From Candidatus Omnitrophota bacterium (GTDB lineage: Bacteria; Omnitrophota; Gorgyraeia; Zapsychrales; Fredricksoniimonadaceae), in the NCBI GenBank assembly GCA_002753465.1, contig PEAF01000004.1:474-64473 (forward strand): 64,000 bases of DNA, read 5' to 3'. The position numbers and the translations under genes were made by a program. Shown in pieces: positions 18,573 through 27,379 of the stretch (position 1 is its first letter; the number at the start of each line of letters is the position of its first letter). The notes below the pieces were generated by a model. The model saw only the letters and a program-made list of their open reading frames with translations, ran no database searches and was not told the origin of the DNA.

Positions 18573-19345
18573 TGGCCAGGATCCCCATTTCCGTTGTCAT
18601 CATCGCCAAGAATGAAGAAGACAATATGGATGCGTGCATCCTTAGCGCTAAAGGTTGGGCTGACGAGATCGTTGTCGTCGATGATAATTCCACGGATGCC
18701 ACCGTTGCGATCGCTGCGAAGCATGGCGCTGTGATCTACCGGCGCACGATGGATAATGAAGGCATCCATCGTAATTGGGCCGCAGCACAGGCGAAGAACG
18801 AATGGGTTCTTTATCTGGATGCGGATGAGCGCGTGACGCCTGAATTGCAACAGGAGATCGATGCGGTATTGCCTGCGACCACGCATGTGGCTTTTGCCAT
18901 ACCATTCCGCACATATATCGGTCATCATTTTGTTAATCATTCCGGATGGTATCCGGGATCTAAAACGCGTTTTGTACGTAAGAGCAAGTTTCATTATGAG
19001 GAGGTTGCCGTGCATCCGCGCGTGTTTCATGACGGGTCCTGCGGGCATCTTACCAAAGACATTATTCATTACGGTTATCCGGATATCGCGCATTTTCTGG
19101 CCAGCCTTAACCGGCAGACAACCCTCGAAGCGCATAAATGGGTGAATACCGGGCGTAAGATGACCATGCTCATAGGTTTCTGGCGCACCATTGACCGGTT
19201 CTTCCGTTCTTATATCGGCAAAGGTGGTTGGAAGGCCGGTTTCATGGGCTTTGTTATCGCTTATTTTGCGTCGCTGTATCAGATCATGAGTTACATCAAG
19301 TATTATGAAATTATTAACGGCATTAAAGAGAAGTCAAAGCCATGA
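18569..19345 (+). CDS. Glycosyltransferase family 2
   Basis: ISVVIIAKNEEDN..EIVVVDDNSTD..LDADE. Paralogue of 10836-11615. Confidence 0.75.
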   Translation: MMARIPISVVIIAKNEEDNMDACILSAKGWADEIVVVDDNSTDATVAIAAKHGAVIYRRTMDNEGIHRNWAAAQAKNEWVLYLDADERVTPELQQEIDAVLPATTHVAFAIPFRTYIGHHFVNHSGWYPGSKTRFVRKSKFHYEEVAVHPRVFHDGSCGHLTKDIIHYGYPDIAHFLASLNRQTTLEAHKWVNTGRKMTMLIGFWRTIDRFFRSYIGKGGWKAGFMGFVIAYFASLYQIMSYIKYYEIINGIKEKSKP

Positions 19346-19941
19346 AAGTTGTTTTTCTCGACCGAGACGGCGTCATCAATGAATTCCCGGGTAATGGCCT
19401 TTACGTGACTAAGGTCAAGGATTTTCATTTCATTCCCCGCGTTTTCGATGCGCTTAACATGCTGACCAATGCCGGGTATCACATTTTTATTATTTCCAAT
19501 CAGGCGGGGGTCGGTAAGGGTGTTTACAGTTTGCGTAAGCTTGAGCTTATTACAGCGCATATGCTTAAGGGCATTAAAGATGCCGGTGCGCGCGTGACTG
19601 ACGTCCTGTATTGTACCTGCAAATCTTCCGACGGTTGTAATTGCCGCAAGCCGCGTATCGGCAATGTGCTTAAAGCCCTGGAGTCGATCGATAAGACAGC
19701 GGCAGATGCCGGGCACACGTATTTTGTTGGTGACACCGAGACGGACATCAAGGCGGGAAAAAATGCCGGATGTCAGACGATTTTTGCGCTTTCCGGTCGG
19801 GAAGACCGTGATTATATGAAGCATTGGGATGTTAGGCCTGATTTCATTGTGGAGGACCTTTATGAAGCCGCAAAACTCATCATCGCCCAAGATCCTGGTG
19901 ATCCACGCGACCGCCGGCGCCGGTCATCGAAAAGCCGCTGA
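19342..19941 (+). CDS. gmhB: D-glycero-D-manno-heptose 1,7-bisphosphate phosphatase (HAD-IIIA)
   Basis: FLDRDGVIN (DxD), SNQAGVGKG, CTC..CNCRKP zinc-site-like Cys, GDTETDIKAG. The 3' end overlaps the next gene by about 80 nt. Confidence 0.7.
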   Translation: MKVVFLDRDGVINEFPGNGLYVTKVKDFHFIPRVFDALNMLTNAGYHIFIISNQAGVGKGVYSLRKLELITAHMLKGIKDAGARVTDVLYCTCKSSDGCNCRKPRIGNVLKALESIDKTAADAGHTYFVGDTETDIKAGKNAGCQTIFALSGREDRDYMKHWDVRPDFIVEDLYEAAKLIIAQDPGDPRDRRRRSSKSR

Positions 19942-20971
19942 AGCTATTCATCACGGCTTGATCGCCCGTCAGGTCGCAGGCGCAGCTATCATTGACGCGC
20001 TGGATTACACCTCGCCGTTTTTCCGTTTCGGTTACAGTAAAGGCTATGAGTTCATGGTCGGTGAAATGCCAACGTTCTGGGCGGCGTTCTTTGCGTTGAC
20101 CGATCAGACGTGGTTCCTGCCTGTTTTCCGTACGGTGCGCCGCATTTATAATGGCGTTAATACCGCACCCCTTGAGAAGTTCCTTAAGCAGGAAAAGTTC
20201 GACCGCATTGTCATTACGCATTTTCTTTCGGCTGAGGTTTGCGGATATTTGAAGCGCACAGGACAGATCGCGTCAAAGCTTGTGGTTGTTGTGACAGATT
20301 TTGATGTGCACAAGATATGGCTTATCGATGGGGTTGATGAGTATTGTGTGGCCAGTGAGTATACGAAAAAGCGTTTGATGGCGCTGGGCGTTGAGGCCAG
20401 CCGCATTACGGTTACGGGCATTCCGCTCGATGAGAAATTTACCAAGGCGCGTGATAAAAAAGCAACGCGCAAGAAGCTGGGTCTGGACCCCGATGCGTTC
20501 ACGGTCCTGATATCAACAAGCTCCTTCGGGTTCGGACCTATTGAACAATTGGCGGAATATCTACAGCAGCTGCAATTGATCGTTATTTGCGGCAATAACA
20601 GGGAATTGCGTCAGCGGATGGAAGCCAAGGCTAATCCCCGGCACAAGATCTGTGCGTTTGTTGATAATATGGAAGAAATGCTGACAGCCTCCGATGTGAT
20701 GGTCACCAAGCCCGGCGGGCTTTCTGTTACCGAGGCGCTGGCTAATAATTTACCCATGGTCTTTTTCAGCGCTATCCCGGGGCAGGAAGCCGGTAATGTA
20801 CGCGTTTTAGCGGCCAATGGTATCGGGTTAAGCGGTATGCCGCTCAGGGACCTTGCTTCTGAAGTGTTGGGACTTTCAGCCTCTCCAGCCGCGCTGAATG
20901 CCGCCCGTGAAAAGACCAAGGCACTGGCTAAGCCTAATTCTGTCGGGGATATTATTTCCCGTCTTGTGTGA
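19862..20971 (+). CDS. Glycosyltransferase family 28 (MGDG-synthase / MurG-like)
   Basis: KILVIHATAGAGHRKAAEAI and MVTKPGGLSVTEALANNLPMV. GGAGGA Shine-Dalgarno 5 nt before ATG 19862; the track start at 19829 is rejected. Confidence 0.65.
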   Translation: MKPQNSSSPKILVIHATAGAGHRKAAEAIHHGLIARQVAGAAIIDALDYTSPFFRFGYSKGYEFMVGEMPTFWAAFFALTDQTWFLPVFRTVRRIYNGVNTAPLEKFLKQEKFDRIVITHFLSAEVCGYLKRTGQIASKLVVVVTDFDVHKIWLIDGVDEYCVASEYTKKRLMALGVEASRITVTGIPLDEKFTKARDKKATRKKLGLDPDAFTVLISTSSFGFGPIEQLAEYLQQLQLIVICGNNRELRQRMEAKANPRHKICAFVDNMEEMLTASDVMVTKPGGLSVTEALANNLPMVFFSAIPGQEAGNVRVLAANGIGLSGMPLRDLASEVLGLSASPAALNAAREKTKALAKPNSVGDIISRLV

Positions 20972-20978
20972 TGCCTGT

Positions 20979-22631
20979 ATGAATCCTTCTATTGCCCAGG
21001 TTGTCGTCGGAGTTCCTGTCGACGGCCCGTTTGATTATCTTATCCCTGAAGATCTTCTGCCGCGGGCCGTGGCCGGGGCGCGCGTACTGGTCCGTTTCGC
21101 CGGTAAGAAGCGTGTCGGGATTATTGTCAAACTTTTGGATATGTCTGCACATCAGGGCGTTTTGAGCACTCTCATCAAGGTGCTCGATGACCGACCTGTT
21201 TTTTCACCAGCTTTCTTAAAACTCGCTGATTCTTTTGCGGCCCGGTTTGCCTGTACGGCGGGTGAGGCCTTAGAGCTTTTTTTACCCGCGTATTTAAGGG
21301 GTAATAAAAAGTTCGAGGCACCTGCCTTCGGATCTACCTTGAACCAGCCCAAATTTGAACTTATTTTCGATCGCGGGCAAAGTAAACGCTGGGATATCCT
21401 TCTGCCGCGCATTGCCAGGACGTTGAACGACGGTAAGGGCGTGCTGGTACTTTTGCCGGAAAGCTCCCGTTGCCATGATGTGCTGCCTAAATTAGGCCCG
21501 CTGATCAAGGCTAATGAGCGTGTTTTATTTTCACATGGGACGGATAAAGAAGAATATACGCGCTGGTTAAGCATTCGTTCCGGGGCGGTCAGGCTGGCGG
21601 TCGGGTTCATTTCAGCCGCTTTTGCACCTGTCAAAGATCTGGCGCTCATCGTTATTATGGACGAGGAGAGTTCTTTTTACCGGAACGATCAGTCGCCCTT
21701 TTACCATGCCCGCGAAGTTGCTTTTGAACGGGCGCGGCTGGAAGGGTGTGATGTGGTCTGTGTCTCAAGCGCGCCATCGGTGGAAATGTGGCAGCGGGTG
21801 CAGGATAAAGAGGTGGCGTTAATCTATTTGGAGGAGCCTCTCGCGGGTGTGAAGTTCCTCGATCTTTCTAATTTTAAAATGAAGAAAGGTACATTTGTTT
21901 CTTTGGGTCTGAGGCATCATATTGAAGCCATGATGAAAGAGAAACGCACAGTGTTGCTTTATATTCAGGCGGCGCGCGGGGTGGCTGGGGTTATGGATGA
22001 GGTCAAAAAGCATTTCCCCGGGGCTGTTGTGGCGGGATATGATAAAGCTTCATCGGCGCTGCCGGTTCATTTTGATGTTCTGGTGGCCACACAGGCGATC
22101 TTCAGATATCGCGCCACGTTAAAAGTTAATTTGACGGCGGTCCTGGATATCGACTGGGAACTTCATAAACATGATTACCAGGCGTCGCACAGCGCCTTTG
22201 CTTTTCTGGCGCATTTAAGGCAGATGACCCTGGAACATGTTCTATGCCAGACGCGCAATGCGGCCGATCCTTTATTGCATGTCCTGGCATCGGATAATGC
22301 CGATGATTTTTATCACCATGAGGCTGCGTTGAGGCGCGAGATGGGCTTGCCGCCGTTCCAGGCCTTGGTGAGCATTGTTGTGCGTTCCGCTGATCCCGAG
22401 CTGGCTTGCAACCAGGCTAAAAACTTGTATGATGTTTTGACATCAAAGGATTTGAAGGATGTGATCATCCTTGAGCCTCAAGAGGACCGTACGGCGATCA
22501 TGCGCGGCAAGTTCCGTCACTGCGTTTCGTTGCACGGGCCTGACAGGGGGCTTTTGGTAAGCCAGGTTAAAGATGTTCTTAAGATGTTCCGACCCAAAAA
22601 GGACACGGTCGTTACCGTGAGCGTTGAATGA
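20979..22631 (+). CDS. priA: PriA-like primosomal protein with degenerate helicase motifs and no Cys-rich zinc region
   Basis: N-terminus VVVGVPVDGPFDYLIPE..RVLVRFAGKKRVGIIV matches the PriA 3'-DNA-binding domain. priA-fmt synteny. Walker A and B, motif VI and the zinc fingers are not conserved (see findings). Confidence 0.6.
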   Translation: MNPSIAQVVVGVPVDGPFDYLIPEDLLPRAVAGARVLVRFAGKKRVGIIVKLLDMSAHQGVLSTLIKVLDDRPVFSPAFLKLADSFAARFACTAGEALELFLPAYLRGNKKFEAPAFGSTLNQPKFELIFDRGQSKRWDILLPRIARTLNDGKGVLVLLPESSRCHDVLPKLGPLIKANERVLFSHGTDKEEYTRWLSIRSGAVRLAVGFISAAFAPVKDLALIVIMDEESSFYRNDQSPFYHAREVAFERARLEGCDVVCVSSAPSVEMWQRVQDKEVALIYLEEPLAGVKFLDLSNFKMKKGTFVSLGLRHHIEAMMKEKRTVLLYIQAARGVAGVMDEVKKHFPGAVVAGYDKASSALPVHFDVLVATQAIFRYRATLKVNLTAVLDIDWELHKHDYQASHSAFAFLAHLRQMTLEHVLCQTRNAADPLLHVLASDNADDFYHHEAALRREMGLPPFQALVSIVVRSADPELACNQAKNLYDVLTSKDLKDVIILEPQEDRTAIMRGKFRHCVSLHGPDRGLLVSQVKDVLKMFRPKKDTVVTVSVE

Positions 22632-23557
22632 GGATCGTTTTTTTCGGTTGTGATGATTTTGCGGCGGTCAATCTGACGCATTTGATCGACCGGGGGCATC
22701 GGGTGGTGGGACTTGTGACACAGCCTGATAAACCCAAGGGCCGCGGCTTGCATTGCGGTTATTCGCCGACCAAGCAGATCGCCTTTGCGCACGGCATCGC
22801 CGTATTCCAGCCGGAAACATTGAAAGATCCCGTTCTGGTCGATAAATTGCGCTGGTTCCATGCCGATATTTTCGTGGTCATTGCCTACGGCAAGTTTTTG
22901 CCGCAGGAGGTTCTGGATTTGCCCAAACATTTTTGTATCAATGTGCATGCGTCGCTTCTTCCTAAATATAGAGGCGCGGCTCCGATCAACTGGGCCATTA
23001 TTCACGGGGAAACCGAAACGGGCGTGACTATCATGAAGATGGACGCCGGTATGGATACAGGTGCTATTATTGCGCAGTGCGCCTGTCCTGTGCCGGATGA
23101 AATGACATCCGCTGAATTGCGGCGTGATCTGGCGGGTATGGGGGCAGATCTTTTATCCGATAGTCTGCGCCGGATCAAATCCGGTGATTTTACTGTTACG
23201 CCTCAGGATCATGCCTTGGCCAGCCGTGCGCCCAAAATGCACAAAGACCTCGGGCACATTCATTGGCAGACGACGGCGAAAGAGATCCATGATCTGGTAC
23301 GCGGCGTCCAACCGTGGCCGGGGGCGTTCACTTTCTGGCGTGGTAATCGTCTGAAGGTATTGGAGGCGCAGGCATCTGAGGCCCAACTCAAGGGTAAGCC
23401 GGGTGAGATCGTAGAACTTCATAAAGACGGTTTTTATGTTCAAGCGGGAGATCGTGCTGTTTTGGTCAAGCGTGTGCTTCCTGCCAATTCCCACGCAATG
23501 GATGCCAGGGCTTTTCTGGCGGGGCATAAGCTGATGATAGGTGAAATCCTGGGTTGA
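22628..23557 (+). CDS. fmt: Methionyl-tRNA formyltransferase
   Basis: MRIVFFGCDDFA, QPDKPKGRG and NVHASLLPKYRGAAPINWAI. Confidence 0.9.
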   Translation: MRIVFFGCDDFAAVNLTHLIDRGHRVVGLVTQPDKPKGRGLHCGYSPTKQIAFAHGIAVFQPETLKDPVLVDKLRWFHADIFVVIAYGKFLPQEVLDLPKHFCINVHASLLPKYRGAAPINWAIIHGETETGVTIMKMDAGMDTGAIIAQCACPVPDEMTSAELRRDLAGMGADLLSDSLRRIKSGDFTVTPQDHALASRAPKMHKDLGHIHWQTTAKEIHDLVRGVQPWPGAFTFWRGNRLKVLEAQASEAQLKGKPGEIVELHKDGFYVQAGDRAVLVKRVLPANSHAMDARAFLAGHKLMIGEILG

Positions 23558-23575
23558 TCACCGGAAAGGATATTT

Positions 23576-24724
23576 ATGCCTGTTTTTCTCATCATGATTT
23601 TTGTTGTATTATTTACGTTGGTAGCCATGGTCGCTGTGGCATCATCCCTACAGGCGCTTCAGGTAAGCGGCTCTTTTAAGGGGCTGTTTGGCTTCAGGGG
23701 TAATGTGCTGGGTTTTAATGACGGGATCATTGACGCGGACGGGAAGAGTGTCCAGCTTCAATATCATGCCGGCAGCAAAAATAATCCATCGCGTCTTCAG
23801 CTTTCATGGACAGGCGATTTTTTTGCCAATGCGCTCTTACGTCATGAAACAGCGGCCGATCGTTTCGGTAAAAACATAGGCCTTAATGATGAAGCACAGA
23901 CGTATGACCCTTCTTTTGACAGCGAGGTTTATATCGAGTGCGAGGATCAGGATTTTGTCCGGCAATGCCTGATATCAAAAGATGTGAAAGACCAGCTGAA
24001 GACCCTGCTTCAGGATTTCACAACGCTGGAGATCAAGGGGAGCCAGTGCTGTCTGGTGAAAACGCCGTGCCCTAACGTGAATATTTTTACGCAGGACCGG
24101 CTGACCGCGGCCGCTAAAACGCTGGTTTTATTTGCCGCAGGGATCCCCCGGCCTCAACCCGGGCAGACATCATCTACACCTGTAACAGATCAAGTCCGCG
24201 CCTCATCAGGCTTCTTATCCGGAGCCGGTGTCCTGACGATCATCGTCGGCATTGGTTTGCTGATATGGGGACTTGTAGGTTTTGCGCCGATTTATCCGGG
24301 GAAGATATTGGTTCTTGCATTAAAACTAAGCCTTCCTCTTTTTTTGATCTTCATGTTCTATGTATATAGTCAGGTCAAAGGTTTTTCGAATGCTTTGACG
24401 GTTCTGACAGGCGCTTTCTTTTCTTCATTAATAGGGTTGCCGCTTTTGCTATGGGGCGGACTGACCGTGGTGAACGGGGCGCAGGATGTTTCAGCGCCGA
24501 CTAAGCATGCCACATCCGTGGTCAGTAAATACATTTCCCATTCGAAGAACAGCACATCCTACAATATTACTGTGAGCGGGTGGGATGATAACCGCTCAAC
24601 ATATTCGTTCACTGTCCCAAGTTATGAATATAACCGTATTAACTTTGCGGATCCCTGCGTGATCACAACCAGAGACGGTTTGTTCAGTTTTACCTGGGTT
24701 TCAGCCAGGAAATGCGGGCGTTGA
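23576..24724 (+). CDS. Hypothetical membrane protein
   Basis: N-terminal TM segment, a soluble middle region, then four or more TM segments. No recognised motif. Confidence 0.5.
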   Translation: MPVFLIMIFVVLFTLVAMVAVASSLQALQVSGSFKGLFGFRGNVLGFNDGIIDADGKSVQLQYHAGSKNNPSRLQLSWTGDFFANALLRHETAADRFGKNIGLNDEAQTYDPSFDSEVYIECEDQDFVRQCLISKDVKDQLKTLLQDFTTLEIKGSQCCLVKTPCPNVNIFTQDRLTAAAKTLVLFAAGIPRPQPGQTSSTPVTDQVRASSGFLSGAGVLTIIVGIGLLIWGLVGFAPIYPGKILVLALKLSLPLFLIFMFYVYSQVKGFSNALTVLTGAFFSSLIGLPLLLWGGLTVVNGAQDVSAPTKHATSVVSKYISHSKNSTSYNITVSGWDDNRSTYSFTVPSYEYNRINFADPCVITTRDGLFSFTWVSARKCGR

Positions 24725-24800
24725 TTTATTTAGTGGCGTTTTGGACGGTACGGGTGTAAAATTAGAGAAATTGGAGAAATAAATAACCAGGAGGCAAAGT

Positions 24801-25508
24801 ATGAGGAAGATTTTGGCAGCAATGGTCGTTCTTCTTGTTGTTTTTGTGGGCGTTGCCCGCGCTGAAGTCAAGCCGATCCAGTTGTCGGTATTCGCTCCTA
24901 CGCAGATGGTGCCGGAAGCTGATTCGATACGGGGGCTTCGTTTGAATTTGTTCTATACGGTTAACCAGGATATGACAGGCTTAAGCTGGAGTTTTTTGGG
25001 TGTGAACAGGACTAAGGGTAACGTTATGGGTGTTGAATTCGGTCTGGGCAACTGGACAGATGGCGACTTTTTCGGATGGCAGCCGGCTTTTGTCAGCCGT
25101 ACGGGCAAGCGTTTCGTGGGTTGGCAGGGTGGTATTGTCGCTGTGACCGAGGGTGATTTTACCGGTCTTCAGTCAGGCATGGTCACGTGGACAGAAGGTT
25201 ATTTTCATGGATGGCAGGATGGTTGGGTTAATTTTACCAGAGGGCGTTTTATCGGTTTTCAGAGCGGTCTGGTGAACGTTACTGAGGGTAAGGTCAGCGG
25301 TCTTCAGTTAGCCGCCGTTAATTGGTCTGAGGGTTCGGTTAAAGGTGTTCAGGCAGGTTTGTTCAATTACTCGGCCGAAGTGCATGGACTTCAGCTCGGC
25401 TTTGGTAACGTGACCAAATCGCTGGACGGTGTGCAGATCGGTTTGGGAAATTATAACGGTAAGAAAGAGCCGTTCGAATTTTTACCTTTTGTTAACTGGT
25501 CGTTCTAA
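24801..25508 (+). CDS. Secreted repeat protein (~15-aa GxQ/N.T.G periodicity)
   Basis: AGGAGG Shine-Dalgarno and signal peptide MRKILAAMVVLLVVFVGVARA. Tandem units such as SGMVTWTEGYFHGWQ / SGLVNVTEGKVSGLQ / LAAVNWSEGSVKGVQ. C-terminal FVNWSF. Confidence 0.6.
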   Translation: MRKILAAMVVLLVVFVGVARAEVKPIQLSVFAPTQMVPEADSIRGLRLNLFYTVNQDMTGLSWSFLGVNRTKGNVMGVEFGLGNWTDGDFFGWQPAFVSRTGKRFVGWQGGIVAVTEGDFTGLQSGMVTWTEGYFHGWQDGWVNFTRGRFIGFQSGLVNVTEGKVSGLQLAAVNWSEGSVKGVQAGLFNYSAEVHGLQLGFGNVTKSLDGVQIGLGNYNGKKEPFEFLPFVNWSF

Positions 25509-25530
25509 GATAAACTGGTGTCGATCCTGA

Positions 25531-25572
25531 CTCCTGCCGGATCAATCATGCTCCGGCAGGAGTTTATTTTTT
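25531..25572 (+). terminator. Rho-independent terminator
   Basis: ctcctgccgg-(12 nt)-ccggcaggag followed by tttatttttt. Confidence 0.75.
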
Positions 25573-25581
25573 GACTACATT

Positions 25582-27279
25582 ATGATCCAAAACATTTTTC
25601 TTACGGCTTTATTATCACTGATCGCCCTTCGTCTGGGTATCTGGAAGCTTTTTCCGGCGATGGAGTTCTCGATCAAGGATGAATTTTCAAATATGATCAT
25701 CGCCGGGTTGATCTTTGCCGTGGCCCTGGCTTTTTACGGTTTGAAGTGTATTCGCCGTGAAGCGTTGGGCCGCAGCGGGTTCGAAGGGCCGTTAGCACTT
25801 TTACTCATCGCCGCGGCCGTGTCTATGCCATGGACGGCGGATGTGTCATCCAGTGTCAGCGCGATGATCGTTTTGGTGGCGTACATACTGTTTTTTCATA
25901 TGCTTTTTGAAACGCTGCTCTATGCACGATCAAGGCAGATATTCCTGTGGTTTTTTGCCGCATGTTCTCTTGTCGTCGCGCTCATTGGCATTAACGATAT
26001 CATTTATTTGAGCAGTGTCCCGGCGCAGGAAATAGAGAATGCCCGGCTCACCAATGAAAGCCTTTATTATATTCTGATCAATAAACGTGCCTGCTCGCTT
26101 TTGGGTTGGCCTAATGTCCTGGCAGGATTCCTGATGCTGGGGATGCCTGTTGCGGCAGGGCTTTTTGTGATCGCAAGGCAGTGGGCGTTAAAGGTGTTGT
26201 GCATTATCAGTGCCGCCGTCATGTTGACCGCCTTTTTCTTTACCTACTCTTTTCTGGGCTGGAGTGTGTTCTTGTTCACGGCCACTATCATGGTTTTTAT
26301 TCTATGGCGTTCCGGATTTTTAAGGATCCCCCCTAAAATGGGCCCATGGGTGATGGCAGGGATCTTTCTGTTGATGGTGTTATTCTCGGTCGTTGTGATC
26401 AGGAAGAATTTCGCCTCGTCGATCTCGCCGCGTAAAGAGTATGCGCGTGTTGTCGCATCCGTGATCACCGAGCACCCCTGGCGCGGCGTTGGTTTCGGGG
26501 CGTATCGTGCCGCTTCGCTTAAGTTTGTCGATAACCGCGAAGGCCTCACAGGTTTTGCGCATAACGCTTATCTTCAGATCTGGGCTGAGGCAGGGATCGC
26601 GGCCTTGATTGCCGTCATTTGGTTGCTTTTTTTGATGGCCAGGGGATCGTGGCGGGCATGGCTGGCTCCGGGGGAGCGTGATCACAAGCTCATGCTGGCG
26701 GTTGTCGTGTGGGGTATGCTGGCTTTTCTGATCGATAATCTGAACAGTTTTACCATGCTTAAACCTAACAGCTCATTCTTTTTCTGGACGTGGCTGGCGG
26801 TTGTTGCCAGCTTTATTTACCGTACGCCTCCGGTTTGTGCGCGTTGGCTGGCATTGGCTTTTCTGCCGGTTTGTATTGTCGGGATATTCTTGTCGGCACG
26901 CTGCGCAGGGTATTTAAATTGGTTGCAAAAAAGCGTTCAGGCGGTCAATGCCGGCCAGCTTAAGGAAGGGCGCGCGGCGATGGCACATGGCCAAGCGCTT
27001 AATCCGCTGGACGTCAGGGTATGGACAGCGCTGGGTATGTCATATTTGCAGGAATTTCAACGTACGCAAGAGAGGTCTGCCTTGGAAAGAGCGCAGGCTG
27101 CCTTTGAGCGGGCCGCGAAGATCGCACCGAATTTCTACCACAGTTTCTTGATCTTAAGCCGTATCCACGCATTTAAGGGGGATATGCTGCAGGCCTCAGC
27201 GTTGCAGCAGAGGGCCATAGCTATTTCTCCATATGAAACACAGCGTGACCTGTTATTGTCCCAGGGTGCACAGCGGTGA
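25582..27279 (+). CDS. O-antigen ligase (Wzy_C) family membrane protein with C-terminal TPR repeats
   Basis: Ten or more TM segments, FAHNAYLQIWAEAGI motif, and a TPR-like tail (ALNPLDVRVWTALGMSYLQ..). Confidence 0.65.
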   Translation: MIQNIFLTALLSLIALRLGIWKLFPAMEFSIKDEFSNMIIAGLIFAVALAFYGLKCIRREALGRSGFEGPLALLLIAAAVSMPWTADVSSSVSAMIVLVAYILFFHMLFETLLYARSRQIFLWFFAACSLVVALIGINDIIYLSSVPAQEIENARLTNESLYYILINKRACSLLGWPNVLAGFLMLGMPVAAGLFVIARQWALKVLCIISAAVMLTAFFFTYSFLGWSVFLFTATIMVFILWRSGFLRIPPKMGPWVMAGIFLLMVLFSVVVIRKNFASSISPRKEYARVVASVITEHPWRGVGFGAYRAASLKFVDNREGLTGFAHNAYLQIWAEAGIAALIAVIWLLFLMARGSWRAWLAPGERDHKLMLAVVVWGMLAFLIDNLNSFTMLKPNSSFFFWTWLAVVASFIYRTPPVCARWLALAFLPVCIVGIFLSARCAGYLNWLQKSVQAVNAGQLKEGRAAMAHGQALNPLDVRVWTALGMSYLQEFQRTQERSALERAQAAFERAAKIAPNFYHSFLILSRIHAFKGDMLQASALQQRAIAISPYETQRDLLLSQGAQR

Positions 27280-27379
27280 TAAAATACGCGTAAAAATCCA
27301 CTTGCGCGATAAGATTTTCTTGTTAATATAACTCGGATTTAGCGGTCATTCTGTATAAGAAAATCAAAGGAAAGTGTGT

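Noticed and set aside
18515-19135. 206-aa minus-strand ORF, and similar antisense ORFs (28511-29149, 9481-10123, 11441-12082, 19303-19890)
   Set aside because: All lie opposite plus-strand genes with clear family motifs and tight operon spacing, so they are judged shadow ORFs.
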